From the NCBI RefSeq assembly GCF_900696045.1, contig NZ_LR216287.1, positions 1,561,854 to 1,593,853 on the forward strand: a DNA stretch of 32,000 nt. Reading direction: 5' to 3'. Both the position numbers and the translations under genes were made by a program. The stretch is from Candidatus Nitrosocosmicus franklandianus (lineage in GTDB: Archaea > Thermoproteota > Nitrososphaeria > Nitrososphaerales > Nitrososphaeraceae). The notes under the pieces are model-generated. The model was not told the origin of the DNA. It searched no databases and saw only the letters and a list, made by a program, of their open reading frames with translations. Shown one piece after another: positions 1 through 11,331 of the stretch; position 1 is the stretch's first letter; the number at the start of each line of letters is the position of its first letter.

Positions 1-759
1 AGATATCCTGACTTGTATACAAAGTTAGGACACTCTAATCCTAAAGGAATTCTTATGCATGGTCCATCTGGTACCGGAAAGACCATGCTTGCTAAAGCTG
101 TAGCAACCGAATCAGAAGCTAATTTTATCAGTGTTAAGGGACCAGAGTTATTGTCAAAATGGGTGGGAGAATCAGAAAGAGGTATCAGAGAAATCTTTAG
201 ACGTGCAAGACAGGCAGCACCATGTGTTGTTTTCTTTGATGAAATCGACTCTATAGCTCCAATTAGAGGCCTAGGTGGAGATAGTATGGTAACCGAAAGA
301 GTTGTTTCTCAACTTTTAACCGAATTGGATGGGATCCAAGAATTAAGCAGTGTAGTAATTATTGCTGCAACTAATCGTTCAGACATGATAGATCCAGCTT
401 TATTAAGACCTGGCAGGTTTGATAAGATTGTGTACGTTCCGTTACCTGATAAGGTTACTAGGAAAAAGATTTTGGAAATTCATGCAAGTCAAAAACCCAT
501 CTCAGAGGTGGTCGATTTTGATAGAATTGCCGAACTTACTGATGGATTCAGTGGTGCAGATATGTCTGCTGTTGCAAATACTGCCATATCTTTAGTCTTA
601 CATGAATATCTTCAAAAATATAGTAATCCCGAAGATGCTGCAAAGCATGCGTCAGAAGCACATGTAACTATGAAGCATTTTGAGGATGCTGTAAAGAAGA
701 TAAAAACTCAGAGAGATAGTAAATCAGGAGAAAAAGTTACAGTTCCTTATTATAGATAA
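1..759 (+). CDS. cdc48: CDC48/VCP-like AAA+ ATPase, C-terminal (D2) part; 5'-truncated by the window edge
   Basis: The frame is open from nt 1 ([10 protein letters not shown]...). Walker A is GPSGTGKT and Walker B is VVFFDEID, with second-region-of-homology residues [19 protein letters not shown]. This is typical of the CDC48/p97 D2 module. Confidence 0.85.
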   Translation, partial: RYPDLYTKLGHSNPKGILMHGPSGTGKTMLAKAVATESEANFISVKGPELLSKWVGESERGIREIFRRARQAAPCVVFFDEIDSIAPIRGLGGDSMVTERVVSQLLTELDGIQELSSVVIIAATNRSDMIDPALLRPGRFDKIVYVPLPDKVTRKKILEIHASQKPISEVVDFDRIAELTDGFSGADMSAVANTAISLVLHEYLQKYSNPEDAAKHASEAHVTMKHFEDAVKKIKTQRDSKSGEKVTVPYYR

Positions 760-939
760 TTTTTCCATTTTCCTCTGACTTTTATTTTTTTATTGATTAA
801 AAAATTCTGTATTATTGTAATTTTTGTTTGATTTTCATACCGCTTCATGTAAATTATCTAACATAAGTGATAAAATAAAAATAATTTTTGGGGGCAATGT
901 TTTTAAGTTAAATCTCTTTGAATAAAATTCACAAAAAGA

Positions 940-2301
940 ATGGTTGAAAATGTAGTACAGATTATTCAAAACAAAAAAACATTATCAAGAATAAATCGTT
1001 TTATTACAAACGAGGAGATAAATCAGTTAGTCGAGGAGTACGGAACTCCTTTATATTTAGTTGATGAGGGAACGTTACATGAAAAAGTTTTAGAACTTAA
1101 GAATGCATATGAAAAATTTCAAGGCCGAGATGTAAGGATCGCATATTCAATTAAAGCTAACTTTAATCCGTCTATTCTTAAAACATTCATCAAGGATAAT
1201 ATTACATTCGATCTTACATCACTTGGCGAATTATTCTTTGTTAGAGAATTAAAAATTAATCCCGATAATATTATCTATACTAGTGTAACGGAAGAATTAG
1301 AAGAATATAAACAGGTATTATCATACGGTATTAAGAGAGTTGTTGTTAGCTCATACTTTGGCTTGATTAATCTATCACAAGCTGCAAATATTGTTGGTTT
1401 GATTCCCAAAGTAATGGTGCGCATAAATCCTGAAGTGGGGGTTAAAGCTGAAGTACGTGCATCGTACAAAAATGGCAAGTTCGGAGTTCCCTTAAATGGT
1501 GGAAAGGTTGATTCGGCTTATTATATTGTTAAATCAATTTTTCGTGATCCGATGCTCGAGTTTGAGGGGTTTCATTTTCACCTGGGATCTCAAATTACAA
1601 ACTTTGTATGTTATATCAATGCATTGGAAAGATTAAACTCTCTTTTGAATAAACTTAAAAAAGAGATTTCTAATTTTTCACTTAGGACGTTGGATATTGG
1701 AGGTGGAACTCCGGTTTTCTATAATGAACCAGTTCCTACTCCACAGGAAATGGCGTCTGTGTATTTAGATAAACTGAATGAATTGGTATCTTATCATGGT
1801 AAGTTTACCCTAATGATAGAAAGCGGTAGGTTCCTTGTAGCAGAATCTTCTTTAATGATTTCAAAAATTGTCAATACTAAAGAATATAGTGATCACAAGA
1901 TCGTAATTCTGGATACAGGTTATCATTTGTTATTGGATGCTGCTCTTCTCAAGCAAGAATATCCACAAGAAGTAGTATTAAATAAGAGTAACAATAATCA
2001 CCTTTACCTTTCAGATCGTAATAAACAGTATACTGGAAAAAATATTCACCTTGCAGGACGATTATGTGATACTTTTGATGTTTTTCATACATCAAAAGTA
2101 TCTGATTTATCGTATGCAAATATAGGGAATTATATTTTGTTCTACAATGTAGGAGCCTATTCTTTAGTTTTTAATATGCCGTTTCATTGTCAGACCAAAC
2201 CGCCAGTTCTCATGAAGACATGCGATGGTAGCATAAAATTAATACGAAAAGGTACTTCTTTTAATGATCTATATATAGAAGAAGGCGGCTTAATTCCTTA
2301 A
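940..2301 (+). CDS. lysA: PLP-dependent group IV (Orn/DAP/Arg) decarboxylase, most likely diaminopimelate decarboxylase
   Basis: YGTPLYLVDE at the N-terminus, PLP-lysine context AYSIKAN, HFHLGSQ, DIGGG, ESGR (normally EPGR), CDTFD (normally CESxD) and VGAY. The family call is firm. Substrate is less certain because two active-site motifs are variant. Confidence 0.7.
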   Translation: MVENVVQIIQNKKTLSRINRFITNEEINQLVEEYGTPLYLVDEGTLHEKVLELKNAYEKFQGRDVRIAYSIKANFNPSILKTFIKDNITFDLTSLGELFFVRELKINPDNIIYTSVTEELEEYKQVLSYGIKRVVVSSYFGLINLSQAANIVGLIPKVMVRINPEVGVKAEVRASYKNGKFGVPLNGGKVDSAYYIVKSIFRDPMLEFEGFHFHLGSQITNFVCYINALERLNSLLNKLKKEISNFSLRTLDIGGGTPVFYNEPVPTPQEMASVYLDKLNELVSYHGKFTLMIESGRFLVAESSLMISKIVNTKEYSDHKIVILDTGYHLLLDAALLKQEYPQEVVLNKSNNNHLYLSDRNKQYTGKNIHLAGRLCDTFDVFHTSKVSDLSYANIGNYILFYNVGAYSLVFNMPFHCQTKPPVLMKTCDGSIKLIRKGTSFNDLYIEEGGLIP

Positions 2302-2359
2302 TTTTTATTGTGAATAAATGTCGCATACTATATATGGTTTGTGGTGCTGATAATCTTAT

Positions 2360-2647
2360 TTGACAGAAGAGATTAGAGTTCATATTTTTGTTAGAGGAAA
2401 AGTTCAGGGAGTTTATTATCGTCAAAACACACTGCAAAAAGCCCAAGAACTAGGTATTTTCGGCTGGGTTAGAAATTTGTCAGACGGACGAGTAGAAGCG
2501 ATCATGGAAGGTTCTAAAATCAATATTGAAAAAATGTTAGCTTGGTGTAAAGAAGGTCCTGTAGGCGCCTACGTAGAAGATGTTGAAATTATCTACGAAG
2601 AATACAAAAATGAGTTCTCGACTTTTGATATTATCAAAACACTATAA
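2360..2647 (+). CDS. acyP: acylphosphatase
   Basis: 95 aa with the signature V.GKVQGVYYR and GWVRNLSDGRVE. The start codon is TTG. Confidence 0.85.
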   Translation: MTEEIRVHIFVRGKVQGVYYRQNTLQKAQELGIFGWVRNLSDGRVEAIMEGSKINIEKMLAWCKEGPVGAYVEDVEIIYEEYKNEFSTFDIIKTL

Positions 2648-2739
2648 ATAATATCATCTATCTTTCTGTACATCTATTACTCTATTGTTGTTAGGGATGC
2701 GTAATTTGTCAAAATTTCCTTCTCTTTTTCCTCTTATTT

Positions 2740-3543
2740 TTATGGTGGTCTTACCAAGATCTCGTTTAATGTCAGATACCTTTTAACTTCCCTTAATTTT
2801 GCCTTATTGAAATGAAACAGTGAAGCGGCTAATGCAGCGTCGGCTTGTGTGTTTTTGTATACCTTTAATATGTCGTCAACTGAACCGCAACCTCCTGATG
2901 CAATAACTGGAATATTTATTTTACTACAGATCGCATTAGTCAATTCTATATCATATCCATTTTCTGTCCCGTCTGTATCGATACTTGTCAAGAGTATCTC
3001 TCCCGCTCCTAATTTTTCTACTTTTTTTGCCCATTCTATGGCATCGATTCCTGTGGGTTTCTTTCCACCAAAAATTTGTATTTCAAACCAGTAATCTTTT
3101 CCGTCCTTGGAAAACATGTGTTTTCCTTTTTTATCAAAAGTTCTCTTTACATCCATGGCTACTACTATACATTGTTTTCCGAAAATATTCATTAGTTCTC
3201 GAATCAATTCAGGGTTTACTACTGCTGCGGTGTTAATCGATACTCTGTCAGCACCGCTTAGTAACATATCACGTGCGTCCTCTAAAGTCTTGATCCCGCC
3301 TCCTACGGTAAACGGAATATTAATCACACTTGCTACGTTCTTTACAATGTCTTTCATAGTTTTACGGTGTTCTTCTGCAGCAGTAATATCTAGGAAAATT
3401 AATTCGTCTGCTCCTTCATCACTATATTGCTTAGCTAGCTTAACTGGATCGCCAGCATCTTTTAACTCTTTGAAATTAATGCCTTTTACGACCCTGCCTT
3501 TATTTACATCCAAACAGGGTATGATTCTTTTTGCTACTGCCAT
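2740..3543 (-). CDS. hisF: imidazole glycerol phosphate synthase, cyclase subunit HisF
   Basis: KRIIPCLDV..GRVVKG, ADELIFLDITA, and SGGCGS near the C-terminus. It is the last gene of a tightly packed his operon. Confidence 0.95.
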   Translation of the reverse strand: MAVAKRIIPCLDVNKGRVVKGINFKELKDAGDPVKLAKQYSDEGADELIFLDITAAEEHRKTMKDIVKNVASVINIPFTVGGGIKTLEDARDMLLSGADRVSINTAAVVNPELIRELMNIFGKQCIVVAMDVKRTFDKKGKHMFSKDGKDYWFEIQIFGGKKPTGIDAIEWAKKVEKLGAGEILLTSIDTDGTENGYDIELTNAICSKINIPVIASGGCGSVDDILKVYKNTQADAALAASLFHFNKAKLREVKRYLTLNEILVRPP

Positions 3544-3544
3544 A

Positions 3545-4261
3545 TCAGATCAATTCTTGGACATGTTCTATTTTCAGCTTGTTGTCATACAACGCTTTTC
3601 CTAATATTACAGCATAACAATTAACATTCCTTAACTTTAGAATATCGATAATATTACTAACCCCTCCACTAGAAACAATTTTTATATCCTTGAAAGCATT
3701 GTGTATTTTAACTAATGTTTCTATGTCTGGCCCCCCCAATGTGCCATCTTTGTCTATATTAGTTAACAAGAACTCTTTGATTCCTAATTCTTTGTAAAAT
3801 CTTATTGCATCAAATAATTTTATGCCAGAAAATTCTTTCCATCCAGAGATCATGACATTTTCCTTATTATGATCGACAGATATTATAATCTGACCAAGTC
3901 TCTTTTTAGAGATTTTCTGTATCATTTCAGGTTGCTTAAAGGCAAATGTTCCAATAACAACTTTAATTGGCTTTTTAATATCCAAGAACCTATTTATACT
4001 ATTTATAGTCCTAATTCCGCCAGCCACCTGGACTGGAATATTTACAGATTCTATTATTTTTAATATCAATTCGATGTTATTCTTACCAGTATTCAATGTT
4101 GCATTTAAATCGACCAGGTGCAACATATCAACGCCTTCAGATTCCCATCTTTTTGCGACCGCTAAAGGATCATTGTAATATATAGTTTTGTTTTCGAGTT
4201 TGCCATTAACTAGCCTGACTACTTGACCGTCCAATAAATCAATTGCTGCGATACTTTTCAT
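3545..4261 (-). CDS. hisA: ProFAR isomerase HisA
   Basis: IAAIDLLDGQVVRL, HLVDLNA, VQVAGGIR and a (beta/alpha)8 pattern paralogous to HisF. It overlaps hisH by 4 nt and lies 1 nt from hisF. Confidence 0.9.
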   Translation of the reverse strand: MKSIAAIDLLDGQVVRLVNGKLENKTIYYNDPLAVAKRWESEGVDMLHLVDLNATLNTGKNNIELILKIIESVNIPVQVAGGIRTINSINRFLDIKKPIKVVIGTFAFKQPEMIQKISKKRLGQIIISVDHNKENVMISGWKEFSGIKLFDAIRFYKELGIKEFLLTNIDKDGTLGGPDIETLVKIHNAFKDIKIVSSGGVSNIIDILKLRNVNCYAVILGKALYDNKLKIEHVQELI

Positions 4262-4887
4262 TTTGATCTTTTACAAATTTTTACAAAATTTTTTATCATT
4301 CTTTCCCCTGTTGTGCTTGATTTCTCGGGGTGAAATTGGGTACAATATATATTATTAACTTCTATTGAAGCAGGGATATTTATCCCATAATTTGATGTCG
4401 ACGTTATAATGTCACTATCCTTGGGTGTTGTATAATAAGAATGTACAAAATAAACCCATGATCCATTAGATACTCCCTCAAATAATTTACTATCTTTCTC
4501 TGTTATCTCCAAACAATTCCATCCTATATGTGGAATTTTTACCAAATTCTTTGGTAGAGATAGTACTTCTCCTTTTATTATGTCTAATCCAGCTAACTTT
4601 CCCTCCTCGCTCTTCTCAAATAACATCTCCATTCCTAGGCATATGCCCAAAACGGGTATATTTTTTTCTATAATCTTTGAAAACCCTGCTCTACATTTAT
4701 TTATTGATATGATTGCAGGGTCAAAATTTCCAACTCCGGGTAATATTATCCCATCTATCTCATCGGATATACTATCAAAATCGAGATAATTTGTTATCTT
4801 TACCTCATCTGCTCCATTTCTTTGTAAAGACGATTTCAAACTAAAAATATTTCCAGCACCATAATCGAATATTGATACTTTTATCAT
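4258..4887 (-). CDS. hisH: imidazole glycerol phosphate synthase, glutamine amidotransferase subunit HisH
   Basis: Class I GATase: IFDYGAGN, LPGVGNF, nucleophile elbow GICLGMEM, and a HS..FHPEKS triad region. Confidence 0.92.
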   Translation of the reverse strand: MIKVSIFDYGAGNIFSLKSSLQRNGADEVKITNYLDFDSISDEIDGIILPGVGNFDPAIISINKCRAGFSKIIEKNIPVLGICLGMEMLFEKSEEGKLAGLDIIKGEVLSLPKNLVKIPHIGWNCLEITEKDSKLFEGVSNGSWVYFVHSYYTTPKDSDIITSTSNYGINIPASIEVNNIYCTQFHPEKSSTTGERMIKNFVKICKRSK

Positions 4888-4890
4888 ATG

Positions 4891-5502
4891 TTACATCATA
4901 CCTTTGGTAGTTGGAAGTCCTCCTTCATGATCTGGATCTATTTTGATTGCGCTTTTCAATGCTACCGCGGTTGCTTTTATAGCAGATTCAATCTTGTGAT
5001 GATCATTTATACCATAATGTACAATAATATGCATACAGCAATTCAAATTCCCAATAAATGATTGAAAAAAATGAATAATATCTTCTTGTGATATGCCCTC
5101 TATATTTTCTCTTTCTAATTTTAACTCGAGATGACTAAATTGTCTCTTTATCAGATCGACAGCAGCGCTTGAAACTGATTCGTCCATGGGAATTGTAGCA
5201 TTTCCGAAACGGTTGATGTTCTCTCTTTTACCAAGTGCCTTATTTACAGCTTGACCCAGTACGATTCCTGTATCTTCTATTAAGTGATGCCTAATACCGT
5301 CCTCGCTTTTGGCGGTTAATTGAAGATCAATTTTGCTATGCTTTGAAAACGAGATTATTAGGTGATCTAAGAAATCAATTCCAGTGCTTATTTTTGAAAT
5401 TCCTTTTCCATCTAAATCAATCTTAACGACGATGCTTGTTTCCTTCGTCTTTCTCTCTATCACACCCGTGCGCTGATGATCCTTTATAATCACTATTTGC
5501 AT
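4891..5502 (-). CDS. hisB: imidazoleglycerol-phosphate dehydratase HisB (monofunctional)
   Basis: RKTKETSI.V.IDLDG, TGI.FLDHL and HH..E motifs. At 203 aa it has no fused phosphatase domain. Confidence 0.93.
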   Translation of the reverse strand: MQIVIIKDHQRTGVIERKTKETSIVVKIDLDGKGISKISTGIDFLDHLIISFSKHSKIDLQLTAKSEDGIRHHLIEDTGIVLGQAVNKALGKRENINRFGNATIPMDESVSSAAVDLIKRQFSHLELKLERENIEGISQEDIIHFFQSFIGNLNCCMHIIVHYGINDHHKIESAIKATAVALKSAIKIDPDHEGGLPTTKGMM

Positions 5503-6534
5503 TTAATTTTTTGTAATATTTAATATATTTGGTAAATCATTAACATTTTCTATAATCAAATCAGCTTTTTTTGACTTTAATATTTCCTTTTTAATTTTAT
5601 ACAAGTTGTTTCCGTTGATTTTATCATTTGTGTCGGTAGCGATGCCAACACTGTGATTGTTTTTAGATCCTTCTCCATATACTCCACAGAAATACACCCT
5701 CTTATTTTTTACTTGACTATTGAAATTTTTAACCATCAAGAGATCCGCGACAGAATCGCCTACGTACAACGCACTTTTTACTCTTAAATTATCCAATACT
5801 TTGTGGAGAGAAAATGGATTTGGTTTTGAAAATTCCCTTTTTTCATCCTCCAAAAATATGCAAGCAGCTTCTTTAAAATATTTGATAAGATCGCCTAAAG
5901 TAAAATAAGAGGCAACCTTGCTTCTACCGGATATCAACCCTAAATTCCCATCGAATCTTTGTGAGAGTTTTTTGATTGATTCTTCTTTTATTATTAGTAT
6001 ATCATTTCTAATTAATGGTTGTTCAATATAATATCTTGGTTCTCTGCTGAATTGTCTTTTAAAGAGATCCGGCCCGTAAAAAATTTCATTAAAGCACGTA
6101 GATATCAGGTTTTCGTTTTTATCCTTCCCTCCGTTGCTTGGATAACCTAATTCATTTATTAAAGCACGCATGTTGCCCGTCTTCTCTAGTTCCTTTTCTA
6201 CCGAATTCGTGCCTTTATCGTCGAGTCCTTCTATTATCTTATCAAAACTAACTAAAGTTTGTTGTATATTCATTTTATTTATCAGAATACAGTGCAATAT
6301 GATCAAAATAATCGCATAAGCAGTATCAATGTCATTATTAAAACCGCCTGTGTTCCGCAATTTTGAAATGAATTTCTCAAAGGGAAATTCATTTGCAACT
6401 TCAATATCATAACTATCTTTTAGAATTATCTGAACTGTTTTGATTATAGCTTTATCATACGATCTTCTGACGTCTACCAATACTCCATCGATATCAAAGA
6501 TAACAGCCTCGCACTGATCTATACCAATAACCAA
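5503..6534 (-). CDS. HAD-superfamily phosphatase with a large cap insertion; first gene of the his operon
   Basis: HAD motif I FDIDGVL, motif II LISGRS, motif III SKPNP, motif IV YVGDSVADL. Its TAA stop is directly followed by the hisB ATG (TAAATG). The start appears to be TTG. Confidence 0.75.
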   Translation of the reverse strand: MVIGIDQCEAVIFDIDGVLVDVRRSYDKAIIKTVQIILKDSYDIEVANEFPFEKFISKLRNTGGFNNDIDTAYAIILIILHCILINKMNIQQTLVSFDKIIEGLDDKGTNSVEKELEKTGNMRALINELGYPSNGGKDKNENLISTCFNEIFYGPDLFKRQFSREPRYYIEQPLIRNDILIIKEESIKKLSQRFDGNLGLISGRSKVASYFTLGDLIKYFKEAACIFLEDEKREFSKPNPFSLHKVLDNLRVKSALYVGDSVADLLMVKNFNSQVKNKRVYFCGVYGEGSKNNHSVGIATDTNDKINGNNLYKIKKEILKSKKADLIIENVNDLPNILNITKN

Positions 6535-6600
6535 GTCTTAAATTCCAATAGTGTTCAATTACTAATAACTGTATGAATATGTATCATAGCAATTACAATC

Positions 6601-6624
6601 AATATAGTATATTAATATAGTATA
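6601..6624. repeat. tandem direct repeat AATATAGTATA-TT-AATATAGTATA in the divergent his / wHTH promoter region
   Basis: Read directly. The 11-mer occupies 6601-6611 and 6614-6624. An inverted copy of the core (TATACTAT) sits at 6657-6664, and ATTACAATC flanks the repeats at 6592-6600 and 6645-6653. Confidence 0.9.
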
Positions 6625-6667
6625 ATCAACGATATAAGTTATATATTACAATCTTCTATACTATTGT

Positions 6668-6934
6668 GTGAAATATCGGAACAGGACCGAAATAATATCT
6701 AATATTCTAAACGCAGCTAATGGAGGCATTTCTAAAACGAAAATAATGTACAAGGCATTTCTTTCTTATGCTCAGATCAGAGAATATCTACCTATTTTAT
6801 TAGAAAATAACTTACTGGCATTAGGTCCTGATGGTAAATACCGTACAACTGAAAAAGGGATTAGATTCTTGAAGATGAATGAGGAGATCCAAGAATTAAT
6901 AGAATCAAAATCGCTTCAAGATGACTTTACATAG
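6668..6934 (+). CDS. small winged-helix DNA-binding protein (COG3432/HTH_45-like predicted transcriptional regulator)
   Basis: 88 aa. The pattern R.EII..IL.....G.SKT.IMYKA.LSY.Q...YL..L.E..LL....GKYRTTEKG..FL is typical of archaeal small wHTH regulators. GTG start. Confidence 0.65.
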   Translation: MKYRNRTEIISNILNAANGGISKTKIMYKAFLSYAQIREYLPILLENNLLALGPDGKYRTTEKGIRFLKMNEEIQELIESKSLQDDFT

Positions 6935-7807
6935 CTCATGTCTGTCCTTAGTAGAATAGAACTTTGTAGATGAAATCTGAAAGTGGTCTCACGCTATAGT
7001 AACCATAGTCTATACTGGTAGATAAACCATGATAACTAAATGTGCTGTTAAAGTATCAGATAAAATGAGATTATAGCACATATATTATTAGAATTTAATT
7101 TGGACGAGGTAGCATATCTGATTTTTGCCTTTGCTATTTATAACCAATCTTTTTTCTATAATTATCCAACAACACGAGCTTACTCAATACCCCGCATCAT
7201 TTAAGATAGATAGTTACCACCGTACAATTGGGGAATGTATTATTCGATGTATCTCACAATATATGTTTCTCTACATGGCTAAATAGCTATCAGTTAATTC
7301 CCTTCTGTGGTATACTAGACTTAGCACCAAAATCTCCTTGTTGTTACCTCTTTTAGTAATTTAGAGCGTATAAGAAGGATAGGTTGCTTTTTAATATTTT
7401 TAATATTGCGACCATTACTTCTGTTTTATGCAGATTTGGTTATATCCTTGAAATAGGGATCTGGCAATGCTTCTCCGATATTCACGATGTCATATACCAA
7501 CTAGGCTTTGCTATCATTTTGCAGAAGACAAGACGACAAATCTAAATGGTGATTTCGTATGTGTGTTTTCGAGAAAAAGAAAACGATCAAGACAACATTA
7601 ATTATGGATTCATACAGATAATATCTGATTATTATCTAAATAGCTTTTGTTTACAAAACTGAATTATTGAGTATGGATATAGTTGTGTATATTATTCTCA
7701 GACGCACCGAATGTTGGGAAAATGTTTACAAAATAAATAAAGTATCACTTTTTACATTACAATATGTCTAACTATATATTTTATGACTTATTTCATTATT
7801 TCTATAA

Positions 7808-9352
7808 TTGACCGAAAAAAAAATTGATACTTTAGATTCTTATTCAGATGGTGATAATGGAAAAACCCACTATAGCAAGAATTCTCAACAATTTTTGAAC
7901 AAATTTAAAGTAAAAATCGGTAATGATGTAAAAATAGTTACTAAAAAACAAGAATTTTTTGGAATTATTTTACCTAGATATGAAACTTTTAGTGATAAAT
8001 ATATAGTGTTAAAATTAAAAAGTGGATACAATATTGGTATAGAGGTTAAGAATATCGTTGAAATCATATCTTTAGAAAACGGTAATGATAATGATCAGTC
8101 GTCTATAAAACACATTACAGACGAATCTATCGTTTCGTCCTCTAAAACTTCTGCGTCACTCTTTGCATCTACATCATTATCAACACAAAACCTGCCATCA
8201 AAATCCGGCACTATTCAGGAAGATGATCATCTTCACTTTGATACAAAAGAAGATTCAAAATCCTTGCCTAGGATATTGCTTATTAGCACAGGTGGAACTA
8301 TAGCGAGCAAAATCGATTACAGAACAGGCGGTGTAACATCGCTTTTGACTGCATCAGAATTGTATTCTGTTTTTCCTGAATTAGCAGAATATGGTCTTAT
8401 TTACCCCGAATTTTTGTTTAACGAATATAGTGAGAATATAGAACCAAGACATTGGTCATTATTGGCCGATCGAATATCTCGTGCAGTTACTAAAGAAAAT
8501 TATGATGGAATCATTGTATCTCATGGTACCGACACTATGCATTACACCTCCTCTGCATTGAGCTTTGCACTCAAGAACATTCCTATACCTGTGATCTTGG
8601 TTGGCTCTCAGCGCTCATCTGATAGACCCTCCTCTGATGCGTTTAGTAACCTAGTTGGTGCAATTAAATTCATAAAAGATGCAAAGTATTCAGGAATTTT
8701 TGTTTGTATGCATAGTAATACTTCAGATGATATTATTGCATGCCATATAGGTACGCGAGTAAGAAAAAATCATACTAGCAAACGTGATGCATTTAAATCA
8801 CTCGATTCACTTCCATTTGCTTTCATCGAAAATTCTGGCATAATAAGATATAACTATCCGTCGCACAATAAAATAATAAAATACAAGGATACTTCAAAAC
8901 CTTTCATATCAAGAACAGCTTTTGACCCTCGAGTATTTCTTTTAAAATTCTATCCCGGCTTTACCCCATCATTTTTAGAAATGTTTTTGAACTTTGATTA
9001 TAAAGTCATAATCATAGAGGGTACTGGACTCGGTCATATAAACAAGAAATGTTTTTCAAATATACTAAAATTGATCAACTCAGGTATTTTTGTTTTTATG
9101 ACGTCTCAGTGTATTTTCGGTAGGGTACAGATGACAGTATACGATACGGGTCGAGATCTTTTGGGGTTGGGTGTTATCCCACTTTCAAATATGAGCTCTG
9201 AGACAGCTATGGTAAAAGCCATGTGGGCTTTGAGCAATAATACAGGGACTGAAGATTTCATCAAGATCATGAAGTCCGATTATGCAGCAGAATTTTCTGA
9301 TATTTTACCTTTGGTTTCTTCTGTACAAGAGGTAGGAAGAAGAGGAGAGTAA
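7808..9352 (+). CDS. gatD: Glu-tRNA(Gln) amidotransferase subunit D (asparaginase-like)
   Basis: N-terminal domain GNDVKI....YIVLKLKSGYNIGIE, asparaginase motifs ILLISTGGTIAS and SHGTDTM, and a 5-nt gap to gatE. There is no in-frame ATG near the N-terminus, so a TTG start is implied (7808 or 7895). Confidence 0.92.
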   Translation: MTEKKIDTLDSYSDGDNGKTHYSKNSQQFLNKFKVKIGNDVKIVTKKQEFFGIILPRYETFSDKYIVLKLKSGYNIGIEVKNIVEIISLENGNDNDQSSIKHITDESIVSSSKTSASLFASTSLSTQNLPSKSGTIQEDDHLHFDTKEDSKSLPRILLISTGGTIASKIDYRTGGVTSLLTASELYSVFPELAEYGLIYPEFLFNEYSENIEPRHWSLLADRISRAVTKENYDGIIVSHGTDTMHYTSSALSFALKNIPIPVILVGSQRSSDRPSSDAFSNLVGAIKFIKDAKYSGIFVCMHSNTSDDIIACHIGTRVRKNHTSKRDAFKSLDSLPFAFIENSGIIRYNYPSHNKIIKYKDTSKPFISRTAFDPRVFLLKFYPGFTPSFLEMFLNFDYKVIIIEGTGLGHINKKCFSNILKLINSGIFVFMTSQCIFGRVQMTVYDTGRDLLGLGVIPLSNMSSETAMVKAMWALSNNTGTEDFIKIMKSDYAAEFSDILPLVSSVQEVGRRGE

Positions 9353-9357
9353 GTGAG

Positions 9358-11314
<1,957 letters not shown>

Positions 11315-11331
<17 letters not shown>

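Noticed and set aside
2849-3604. Plus-strand ORFs of 81, 83 and 165 aa overlapping hisF/hisA
   Set aside because: They lie antisense to strongly recognisable his genes. Their products are low-complexity and hydrophobic with no motifs. These are typical shadow ORFs.
7467-7601. 44-aa ATG-initiated ORF (MLLRYSRCHIPTRLCYHFAEDK...RKRKRSRQH) inside the long ORF-free region
   Set aside because: No recognisable motif, no obvious promoter spacing, and a length compatible with chance. It is kept only as part of the broader observation on that region.
7616-7637. Inverted repeat AGATAATA-TCTGAT-TATTATCT about 170 bp upstream of gatD
   Set aside because: An 8-bp A/T-only stem is weak and statistically unremarkable in this composition.
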